64,000 nucleotides of DNA. Source: Macrostomum hystrix. Taxonomy: Eukaryota > Animalia > Platyhelminthes. The notes below the pieces were generated by a model. It ran no database searches, had not been told where the DNA came from, and saw only the letters and a list, made by a program, of their open reading frames with translations. The stretch lies in contig CATNEN010000004.1 of assembly GCA_950097015.1 (NCBI GenBank), positions 186,001 through 250,000 of the forward strand, read 5' to 3'. Positions 38,968-49,215 of this stretch are shown one piece after another (position 1 is the first letter of the stretch; the number at the start of each line of letters is the position of its first letter). Position numbers and translations under genes: made by a program.

Positions 38968-40600
38968 AATTGTGAGAGTCATCAAAGTCTCCTGTGAGAA
39001 TTGTAAAAGAGTTGCCAAAGTCTCCTGTGAGAACTGTAAAAGAGTTGCCAAAGTCTCCTGTGAGAACTGTAAAAGAGTTGCCAAAGTCTCCTGTGAGAAC
39101 TGTAAAAGACCTCCCAAAGTCTCCTGTGAGAATTGTGAAAGAGTCATCAAAGTCTCCTGTGAGAACTGTGAAAGAGTCATCAAAGTCTCCTGTGAGAACT
39201 GTAAAAGAGTTGCCAAAGTCTCCTGTCAGAATTGTAAAAGAGTTGCCAAAGTCTCCTGTGAGAATTGTGAAAGAGTCATCAAAGTCTCCTGTGAGAACTG
39301 TGAAAGAGTCATCAAAGTCTCCTGTGAGAACTGTGAAAGAGTCATCAAAGTCTCCTGTGAGAACTGTGAAAGAGTCATCAAAGTCTCCTGTGAGAACTGT
39401 GAAAGAGTCATCAAAGTCTCCTGTGAGAACTGTGAAAGAGTCATCAAAGTCTCCTGTGAGAACTGTGAAAGAGTCATCAAAGTCTCCTGTGAGAACTGTG
39501 AAAGAGTACCAAAGTCTCCTGTGAGAACTGTGAAAGAGTTCCCAAAGTCTCCTGTGAGAACTGTAAAAGAGTTGCCAAAGTCTCCTGTCAGAATTGTAAA
39601 AGAGTCATCAAAGTCTCCTGTGAGAACTGTGAAAGAGTTGCCAAAGTCTCCTGTGAGAACTGTGAAAGAGTCATCAAAGTCTCCTGTGAGAACTGTGAAA
39701 GAGTCATCAAAGTCTCCTGTGAGAACTGTGAAAGAGTCATCAAAGTCTCCTGTGAGAACTGTGAAAGAGTTGCCAAAGTCTCCTGTGAGAACTGTGAAAG
39801 AGTCATCAAAGTCTCCTGTGAGAACTGTGAAAGAGTCATCAAAGTCTCCTGTGAGAACTGTGAAAGAGTCATCAAAGTCTCCTGTGAGAACTGTGAAAGA
39901 GTCATCAAAGTCTCCTGTGAGAACTGTGAAAGAGTCATCAAAGTCTCCTGTGAGAACTGTGAAAGAGTTCCCAAAGTCTCCTGTGAGAACTGTGAAAGAG
40001 TTCCCAAAGTCTCCTGTGAGAACTGTAAAAGAGTTGCCAAAGTCTCCTGTCAGAATTGTAAAAGAGTTGCCAAAGTCTCCTGTGAGAACTGTGAAAGAGT
40101 TGCCAAAGTCTCCTGTGAGAACTGTGAAAGAGTTCCCAAAGTCTCCTGTGAGAACTGTGAAAGAGTTCCCAAAGTCTCCTGTGAGAACTGTGAAAGAGTT
40201 CCCAAAGTCTCCTGTGAGAACTGTGAAAGAGTTCCCAAAGTCTCCTGTGAGAACTGTAAAAGAGTTCCCAAAGTCTCCTGTGAGAACTGTAAAAGAGTTG
40301 CCAAAGTCTCCTGTCAGAATTGTAAAAGAGTTGCCAAAGTCTCCTGTGAGAACTGTGAAAGAGTTGCCAAAGTCTCCTGTGAGAACTGTGAAAGAGTTCC
40401 CAAAGTCTCCTGTGAGAACTGTGAAAGAGTTCCCAAAGTCTCCTGTGAGAACTGTGAAAGAGTTCCCAAAGTCTCCTGTGAGAACTGTGAAAGAGTTCCC
40501 AAAGTCTCCTGTGAGAACTGTGAAAGAGTTCCCAAAGTCTCCTGTGAGAACTGTGAAAGAGTCATCAAAGTCTCCTGTGAGAACTGTGAAAGAGTACCAA
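38968..40600. repeat. Tandem minisatellite, 33-bp unit CAAAGTCTCCTGTGAGAACTGTGAAAGAGT(CAT/TGC/TCC)
   Basis: Unit read directly, with regional blocks of each variant. Confidence 0.97.
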
Positions 40601-41604
40601 AGGTGCTAAAAAAGTTCGGCTTGCTGTCTGCCGGCGTGACTGCAGTAAATAAAATGTACAAGTATATCATTTTGAACTTCAGTCCAGACAATACTGGACA
40701 TGGGAAGTGATGAAGAGGATAAGACTATGGGCCTTAATTGATTAAAATATTATCTGTGTGGCCAGCTGTTGGTTTAGAAAGTATTGGACTGCCAGCAACG
40801 AAACAAGAGTATGCGTGCCTGTCCCTTGATGCAGATGTTTTTGTTTGTTCGGCAGTAAGGCATTGCATGCATGGCAACCATGCACTGAAGTGTAGGACAT
40901 GACGACACGGCCGCAGCCGTCACCAAGCAGTCACCGAGCCGACAGCGGTGGCTGCCACGTCACGATTGGCTAACGAATCTGCTGCAGCGGCATGCGGAGG
41001 AGTCGCATGCGGACGACACAGCGGTGTCCCCATCTTCCTTGGGGATGATGTAGCTTGAGAGGGGGTTAGAAAACTTCTGCTGCGAAAAAAGGCCCAACTT
41101 TACCTGTGTAACCTTCTCCCAGTGAAAGCCCAGCAGCAGCAGCAGCAGCAGTCTTCTTCGAACTTTCGAATAAACAAAGATACCCCGGATGGCTCCGTGC
41201 TTATAATGTGACGCAGATTCTGCAGCATTCATGGCGAGCTAAGCGTCTACTTAAAAAAGCTTCCATTTGCGTAAGTAGCTCGACCAAGTCGACTCTCTCT
41301 ATCCGGAAATAATACCAGGATAAGAGGCGGCGCACTGCGCTGCAAGTGGGGACAGCCATATTTCCAGGCGCAATGAAGCGGTGCCCTAGCAGCAGCAGCA
41401 GCAGCAATCAGATGCTGGCATTGACAGCGATTCGACAAGCATCGAAGAATTCTAGCCGACGGATTGCACTGTAACCGTGCTTGGAGTTCTGTTGGCTCCT
41501 AAAGCCTGCAGTAGCTTCCTAAGGTAAGAGGACCTTTGAGTAGGGACTCTGTGAATGACTGTGAATTCATAATTATCAGCTCTTTAAACCTGGCTCCTTC
41601 CACT

Positions 41605-41985
41605 CTGGACACTAGTCCCTTGCTCTCACTTGCTTCCTTCACATGTGGACACTAGTTCCTTGCTTTTACCTGGGTTCCTTTACCTGTGGACGCTAGTTCC
41701 TTGCTTTTACCTGGGTTCCTATACCTGTGGACGCTAGTTCCTTGCTCTCACCTGGTTCCTATACCTGTGGACGCTAGTTCCTTGCTCTCACCTGGTTCCT
41801 ATACCTGTGGACGCTAGTTCCTTGCTCTCACCTGGTTCCTATACCTGTGGACGCTAGTTCCTTGCTCTCACCTGGTTCCTATACCTGTGGACGCTAGTTC
41901 CTTGCTCTCACCTGGTTCCTATACCTGTGGACACTAGTTCCTTGCTCTCACCTGGTTCCTATACCTGTGGACACTAGTTCCTTGC
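41605..41985. repeat. Tandem repeat, 40-bp unit ACCTGTGGACGCTAGTTCCTTGCTCTCACCTGGTTCCTAT
   Basis: About 9 copies read directly. Confidence 0.95.
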
Positions 41986-43639
41986 AGTGGGTCGGCAAGC
42001 AAGCTATTCAAGTTTACTTAGAGACTGTCGGAGTTCTCCAAACCCTCAGAAAAAACTTTTGTGATTATCATTCATTCAGTGAATGATTAGTGAAGTGGCC
42101 ATCATTTCAATCAGGTTTTCTCTTACCACTACAGGACATTGTGAAAAAAACAGCAGAAAAGTACTGCAGTTTGCAGTTGAGCTGCTGTGTTTTGATGCGA
42201 AATCCCACATGGAAGTTTAGTTTTAGTAATTCTGCAGTTGTAAAATATGGCAAAAGCACGTACTCTGGCCACTATTATAGAGAATCCGCAGAGAAGAATA
42301 TTTTCTGTTGGCATACACTACTTATTTGAAACTGATGCGCAGTAGTACATGTGTTATACTTCGCTTATAAGCCTTGTACTCATTGCAGGGACTTCGACAG
42401 ATTTTGTTTTTTGGCCATTTATATGGGACACCGCTTTCCTAGAAAATGCTTTCTGTTCTGTCGACCTACAGACTAACAGCTTTAAGGAAAGGCAGATAGA
42501 CAGACAGAGACTTCATGCGAAATATGAAGATGGGCAGAGAGCGCCAGTCATTTGTAACAACGGGCCTGCGTGTTCTTTCTGCTTTTACTTTGCTTTAACA
42601 TGCTTTTACGAGTATGTAGAACTGTGTGGCACTATACAGAACGTAAAACACAAGTATATAAGTATTTTGTCCAGGCTGTGTCTGTACTAATAAAAATGCT
42701 AGCTATGCCTGTTGTTGTGTCGTATGTTTTAGCAGCCTTAGGTGAAAGTACATTTTTACGCTATACAGTTGTATACAGCTTCTTCGCCGTGGCATTGTAT
42801 GGTAGATTGTGTAGTATGTCTCAGCCTTGAATAGTGATCGCCGCCGCGATACACACGCGCATTATTCTATGGCCTAAACGAGTCCCGAAATCGCACCTCT
42901 CTTGTGCCTAAAACAAACACTAAAACTTTGTCTATGGCTAATCTCGAAGATAAGCGATACGCAATAATCGTGACGCAATGATTAGGCCATAGAATCATGA
43001 ATCGATGACTATGAGCGTAACTGTAGACAGATGTCTATGACCTTAAAAAAGATTATAGAACGCATAGTCTATGTCAAAAAGCACTCGTTAGTTTCCTAGA
43101 AATTATTCTAATCTGCTGGCAAATTAATGTGCATATCTTCAGCTGTTCGTGCATCTCATCTGGTCCAGATTAAGGTTTAAAAATGAAAGGATATTTTTGA
43201 TGGGATGCTTTCGGAATTTGGGATGCGTGGTTTAGCTGACGCATTGTGTCACCGCAAATGCAAAAACTGCATTCCGCCAAGCATTTAATATGCCAATAGG
43301 TTTCAGGGTAAATTCGTTTGGCAACCAGAGTGCTGAAGTCACGCAGGGTCAGTTGGGGGGTATCTTCATCCTCTCGGCAATCAATCCGTGCTCCCAGCAT
43401 GCAGGTGACAGCTGTCTGCCTCTCTCTCTCTCGCGACATAGACAGTCGAATACCAAAAAGCGGTTGGTTTCTTTTCAAGATTTGTCTCTATCTGCTTCCA
43501 AGTAGATACATTGCTAGATCCATCGGGTGGTACTGTGGCTAGTTCACTGCATGCTGAATATAGAGATGTTCCCATCACGATTCGCCGGTTGAACTTTTTT
43601 TCAGTTTTCCGGATAGTATTAAGCATATATTTCTCCTCA

Positions 43640-44167
43640 CGAGATTTCTCCCTACGAGATTTTCCCCGATAATACTTCTCTCCACGAGACATTTCCCTTT
43701 GAGACTTCTCCCTTGAGACTTCTCCCTTGGGACTTATCCGTGTGAAATTCACACTATGAGACTTCTCCCTGTGATATTTCTCTCTTAAATATTTCTCTCT
43801 ATGAGATTTCTCTCTAAGAGATTTCTCTCAATGAGATTTCTCTCTATGAGATTTCTCTCTATGAGATTTCTCTCTATGAGATTTCTCTCTATGAGATTTC
43901 TTTGTATGAGATTTCTCTCTATGAGATTTCTTTGTATGAGATTTCTCTCTATGAGATTTCTTTGTATGAGATTTCTCTCTATGAGATTTCTTTGTATGAG
44001 ATTTCTCTCTATGAGATTTCTTCGTATGAGATTTCTCTCTATGAGATTTCTTCGTATGAGATTTCTCTCTATGAGATTTCTTCGTATGAGATTTCTCTCT
44101 ATGAGATTTCTTCGTATGAGATTTCTCTCTATGAGATTTCTTCGTATGAGATTTCTCTCTATGAGAC
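43640..44167. repeat. Tandem repeat, 15-bp unit ATGAGATTTCTCTCT with alternating variants (30-bp dimer)
   Basis: Degenerate copies at 43640-43800 grade into a homogeneous array. Confidence 0.95.
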
Positions 44168-45624
44168 CTTCGCTGCTGAAAATTGTTCCGTACTGATTTT
44201 GTTGATGTTTTTCTTATGCTACTACCAGAGGTATAAAAAGAACATTAAATGTTTATCTGAAGCTGTTTTGTTTTCACAATCACAATTGACCCAATTAATT
44301 TGTTATAGCTTCTGGTACATGATTCAGACAATTATTTTTGTCAGCTTAGAATTCAACAAGAAAATTGAAAATCAGGTATTTCGATTAATAAACAAAATAA
44401 AACTCCATTACAGCTCACTTATTTGCCTGCAACTTTAGCGTTGTTTGCTAAACCCCCTCAAACCTGTACCCTCGCACTCCGCAACCTCAAACACCTTAGT
44501 AGCGGCATCTTTTCATCTTTTCATTATTCAGTTTTTGTTATAGCTAGTGTTTTTTCGAGTGAGTTTGAGAGGTGTTAAAATCGTCCAAATCCAACTGCTA
44601 TAAACTAGCAGGCTAGTTTGGTGGAGAGACAGTTAAAGAGGCCAGTTAAAATGAGTCTGACTTCGCTGCTCCCAGCTGAAGCAGAAAGTCTACGGACCAC
44701 GGCTTAAAAACGCATATTTGTTTGACCGCAAATCAGCAGTTAAGCATTGCGTCTTTGCATTGGATAAGGTGTACAGTGCCTACACCTTTACAGGTATAGT
44801 TCGTCTTTAATACTATTATTTATCCACCTCTTATCCTGTATAGTAGAGAAGTAAAGATCACAGTTTCACAACCGGGTTTTATTCATAAGTTTCCTTTGTT
44901 TTCTGCCGCCGCCACTATTTGCGCAGACAAAAACAAGATTAAAAAAATTAATTAAGAGTGCCAGTGGACTGGCCTGCTTGTCTGGCTATCCCAGGTCACT
45001 TGCGCATAACAAACAAATTATCAACATTTGTCATTATCGATCGGGTGGCATGTACACTCCTTGGGGGGTTGGGGGAAAGTGAGTGCATCAACCCACCGCC
45101 CCCTTGCAAGCCTCCAAGTCAAAAGGTTCCAGCCCAACAGGCAATCGTCCCGTCTCACCTTTCCTTACCTATCCTAAACATCTCCGCACCGCCAGATGGC
45201 AGCCTTGAGCACCTGCCAAAACGAGTGCATCTGCGAAGACGCGTTGGCGCGCGCTCTCATTAGCACCGAGCCGTGCGCCCTGCTGCATTTTGCGACCAGA
45301 AACTACCTGCAAGGTGAGTTCATTTGACATGATCATCGATGAATTTTGCATTGTGCGGCATGTTATAATTCATGATTAAGGCACCTCTTCACATATGTGC
45401 ATGCTGGATTGACTAATTTTAATTAGCTCAGTTCCGTCACACCTAACAAGGAAACGTGCAAGTTCTCTGTAACGATTTCCAAAGCTTGCGTAAGTCTGAT
45501 TCTGTCCTTTACTGTTATTGCGCAACACGAAACAGAATGCCCATCTACGCAGTGCTTTTATGTAACAATTATGCAAGGTAAATAAGCCATAATGTCCAGA
45601 GCTAGGACGCGCTATCTGATAATG

Positions 45625-47344
45625 CCCCCTCCTCCTGATCTTCAGTGGCTAGCACTGCCCTGCTCCTCCTGATCTTCAGTAGCTAGCACTGCCCTCCTCC
45701 TCCTGATCTTCAGTGGCTAGCACTGCCCTCCTCCTCCTGATCTTCAGTGGCTAGCACTGCCCTCCTCCTGATCTTCAGTAGCTAGCACTGCCCTGCTCCT
45801 CCTGATCTTCAGTGGCTAGCACTGCCCTCCTCCTCCTGATCTTCAGTAGGCTAGCACTGCCCTGCTCCTCCTGATCTTCAGTAGGCTAGCACTGCCCTGC
45901 TCCTCCTGATCTTCAGTAGCTAGCACTGCCCTCCTCCTGATCTTCAGTGGCTAGCACTGCCCTGCTCCTCCTGATCTTCAGTGGCTAGCACTGCCCTGCT
46001 CCTCCTGATCTTCAGTGGCTAGCACTGCCCTACTCCTGATCTTCAGTAGCTAGCACTGCCCTCCTCCTGATCTTCAGTGGCTAGCACTGCCCTGCTCCTC
46101 CTGATCTTCAGTAGCTAGCACTGCCCTCCTCCTGATCTTCAGTAGCTAGCACTGCCCTCCTCCTGATCTTCAGTAGCTAAGCACTGCCCTGCCTCCTGAT
46201 CTTCAGTAGCTAGCACTGCCCTGCTCCTCCTGATCTTCAGTAGCTAGCACTGCCCTCCTCCTCCTGATCTTCAGTGGCTAGCACTGCCCTCCTCCTGATC
46301 TTCAGTAGCTAGCACTGCCCTCCTCCTGATCTTCAGTAGCTAGCACTGCCCTCCTCCTGATCTTCAGTGGCTACCACTGACCTCCTCCTCCTGATCTTCA
46401 GTAGGCTAGCACTGCCCTCCTCCTCCTGATCTTCAGTAGCTAGCACTGCCCTCCTCCTGATCTTCAGTAGCTAGCACTGCCCTCCTCCTGATCTTCAGTA
46501 GCTAGCACTGCCCTCCTCCTGATCTTCAGTGGCTAGCACTGCCCTCCTCCTGATCTTCAGTAGCTAGCACTGCCCTCCTCCTGATCTTCAGTGGCTAGCA
46601 CTGCCCTCCTCCTCCTGATCTTCAGTGGCTAGCACTGCCCTCCTCCTCCTGATCTTCAGTAGCTAGCACTGCCCTCCTCCTGATCTTCAGTAGCTAGCAC
46701 TGCCCTCCTCCTGATCTTCAGTAGCTAACACTGCCCTGCTCCTGATCTTCAGTAGCTAGCACTGCCCTGCTCCTCCTGATCTTCAGTAGCTAGCACTGCC
46801 CTCCTCCTGATCTTCAGTGGCTAGCACTGCCCTCCTCCTGATCTTCAGTGGCTAGCACTGCCCTCCTCCTCCTGATCTTCAGTAGCTAGCACTGCCCTCC
46901 TCCTGATCTTCAGTAGCTAGCACTGCCCTCCTCCTGATCTTCAGTAGCTAGCACTGCCCTCCTCCTGATCTTCAGTAGGCTAGCCACTGACCTCCTCCTC
47001 CTGATCTTCAGTAGGCTAGCACTGCCCTCCTCCTCCTGATCTTCAGTAGCTAGCACTGCCCTCCTCCTGATCTTCAGTAGCTAGCACTGCCCTCCTCCTG
47101 ATCTTCAGAGGCTAGCTCTGCCCTCCTCCTCCTGATCTTCAGTGGCTAGCACTGCCCTGCTCCTCCTGATCTTCAGTGGCTAGCACTGCCCTGCTCCTCC
47201 TGATCTTCAGTGGCTAGCACTGCCCTCCTCCTGATCTTCAGTAGCTAGCACTGCCCTCCTCCTGATCTTCAGTAGCTAGCACTGCCCTCCTCCTGATCTT
47301 CAGTAGCTAGCACTGCCCTCCTCCTGATCTTCAGTGGCTAGCTC
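45625..47344. repeat. Tandem minisatellite, 31/34-bp unit CTCCTCCTGATCTTCAGT(A/G)GCTAGCACTGCC
   Basis: Unit read directly. Confidence 0.97.
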
Positions 47345-47619
47345 TGCAGTACAGTGAAATAAACATTTGTTTATTTCAAATGGGACAGTAAATATTCGAT
47401 TTCGGCATGCAAGAAATATTTTTTTTATTTCCTAGATTTCCTGGGCGGTTTGTCGAATACGTCCGTGACTGCAACTTTGAGCTTTCAGCTCTACCCTCAT
47501 TGAACTAAGAAATTAGCTTGAGAAATACAATGAGTTGCCCGACTGTGAGCAGGAGAAATAAAATCTCCAGGAAACCGAGCGCCCAAGACTAGGAGAGAGT
47601 TTTTGTGCGCTCAATTCCT

Positions 47620-47681
47620 ATTGGCTGCGTCCTCTGTCTGCCCCGCCTCCGTGCTCAACGCCCAACCCACCGCCCGCCTCC
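47620..47681 (+). promoter_or_regulatory. Candidate ESRP proximal promoter: reverse CCAAT box and two GC boxes
   Basis: ATTGG at 47620-24, CCCCGCCTCC at 47641-50 and CGCCCGCCTCC at 47671-81, all 180-240 nt upstream of the ATG. Confidence 0.4.
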
Positions 47682-47859
47682 TTCTCAAGGCCCTGCTCAC
47701 CCGCCCAGCCTGGGCCGTCACGCCGTTGCTACAAAAGCTACCGCCGCCGCCGCAGCAGCAGCTCTTCGTTCTGCAGCAAAGACAAGCAGAGACAAGGCCG
47801 CTACTCCTTCAAAGCAGCCAACAGCGCCATTGTCCAGCCGCCAGCACCGCTCAGTTGCC

Positions 47860-47988
47860 ATGCAGCAGCCAGACTATTTGGTAGCCCTCCACCTGACCAC
47901 CTGCGGTAAGCAGGGCGAAGAAATCGGCACCGACGAGGCGCCAATCTGCCTGATTGCCTACCTGATACACGATGTTCGACACAATAAG
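47860..47988 (+). CDS. ESRP1: ESRP/fusilli epithelial splicing regulatory protein, coding exon 1 (MQQPDYLVALHLTTCGKQGEEIGTDEAPICLIAYLIHDVRHNK)
   Basis: Matches the ESRP N-terminus (PDYLV...G..G..LG.DE) of the DnaQ-like domain. GCCATG context. Donor AAG|GTGAGC, phase 0. Confidence 0.9.
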
Positions 47989-48092
47989 GTGAGCCCAGTG
48001 TCCAGTGGGTGACGGTTTTGGGATGATTCTTGTATTTGGTACTTCAATTGGAGTATAGATGCTCAAAAGCATAATTCCTACTCAGCAGAACA

Positions 48093-48583
48093 CCAATGAG
48101 ATCATACCTTAAGAATTGCCTGGTACTCCAATGAGATCATACCTTGAGAATTGCCTGGTACTCCAATGAGATCATACCTTAAGAATTGCCTGGTACTCCA
48201 ATGAGATCACACCTTGAGAATTGCCTGGTACTCCAATGAGATCATACCTTGAGAATTGCCTGGTACTGCAATGAGATCACACCTTGAGAATTGCCTGGTA
48301 CTCCAATGAGATCATACCTTAAGAATTGCCTGGTACTCCAATGAGATCACACCTTGAGAATTGCCTGGTACTCCAATGAGATCACACCTTGAGAATTGCC
48401 TGGTACTCCAATGAGATCATACCTTGAGAATTGCCTGGTACTCCAATGAGATCATACCTTGAGAATTGCCTGGTACTCCAATGAGATCACACCTTGAGAA
48501 TTGCCTGGTACTCCAATGAGATCATACCTTGAGAATTGCCTGGTACTCCAATGAGATCATACCTTAAGAATTTCCTGGTACTC
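48093..48583. repeat. Tandem repeat, 35-bp unit CCAATGAGATCATACCTTGAGAATTGCCTGGTACT filling ESRP intron 1
   Basis: About 14 copies read directly. Confidence 0.96.
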
Positions 48584-48638
48584 GTATGCACAATTAAAGT
48601 CACATTTGCAAACTCACACCTTGCAAATACACGTGCAG

Positions 48639-48812
48639 ATAATTGCAGTCGAGCAGCACCTGGTGAAGCCGCAGGTAAACCCTGGCCAGACGGGGTCGGA
48701 CAACTCCGAGGAGGACGGCTTGGCCACCATATCGGAGGAGTGCCGCGTGGAGACCGGACTCAGCGCTGACTCATTCCATTCGGCTGGCTATCTTGAGTCG
48801 GTGCTGGAAGAG
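48639..48812 (+). CDS. ESRP1: ESRP coding exon 2 (IIAVEQHLVKP...ISEECRVETGLSADSFHSAGYLESVLEE)
   Basis: Acceptor GTGCAG| and donor GAG|GTGAGA, phase 0/0. Aligns by eye to the ESRP LVRP...LTEDCKEET segment. Confidence 0.88.
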
Positions 48813-48974
48813 GTGAGAACAGAATTGCTTTGCCATCATTTATTAAAAGTTTATTAAAATTGTACCAAAATGGGTATATAGTGGCCTCTTAAAAGACAGT
48901 AATATAAGACCGGGAAAGCGGCCTTTCTAAGAATAAAATTGCCAAAATGTATGCACATTTTTAAATCCCCCCAG

Positions 48975-49215
48975 ATGGACAAGTTCTTGCGCAACAAGGG
49001 CATTCACCCGGAGTCGGGGGGCAAGACCTTCACCCTAGTGATGGAAGGCCAGCATCCGATGCGGCTGGTGTTCCACCCGGAGACCTGCTCGAAGAAGATC
49101 TCGCTGGAGCAGTTTCCCTATTTCTATTCGTTCTACGATCTGCGCAAGGAGTTCCTGAGGAGCCAGCAGGATCCTGAGGCGGACCGAATCCTATCGCTGA
49201 AGGACATGCTGGACT
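48975..49215 (+). CDS. ESRP1: ESRP coding exon 3 (MDKFL...EGQHPMRLVFHPETCSKKI...FYSFYDLRKEF...MLD)
   Basis: Conserved HPE..KK and FYSF.DLRKEF motifs. Acceptor CCCAG|. Ends at a U12-type donor T|GTATCCTTT, phase 1. Confidence 0.9.

Noticed and set aside
44766-44788. 8-bp perfect hairpin AAGGTGTA/TACACCTT as a Helitron 3' hairpin
   Set aside because: No CTRR terminus at the expected distance and no matching 5' end found.
47605-47859. N-terminal extension of ESRP from TTG 47605
   Set aside because: Homology begins at the GCCATG at 47860, and the upstream stretch contains promoter-like boxes and low-complexity 5'UTR.
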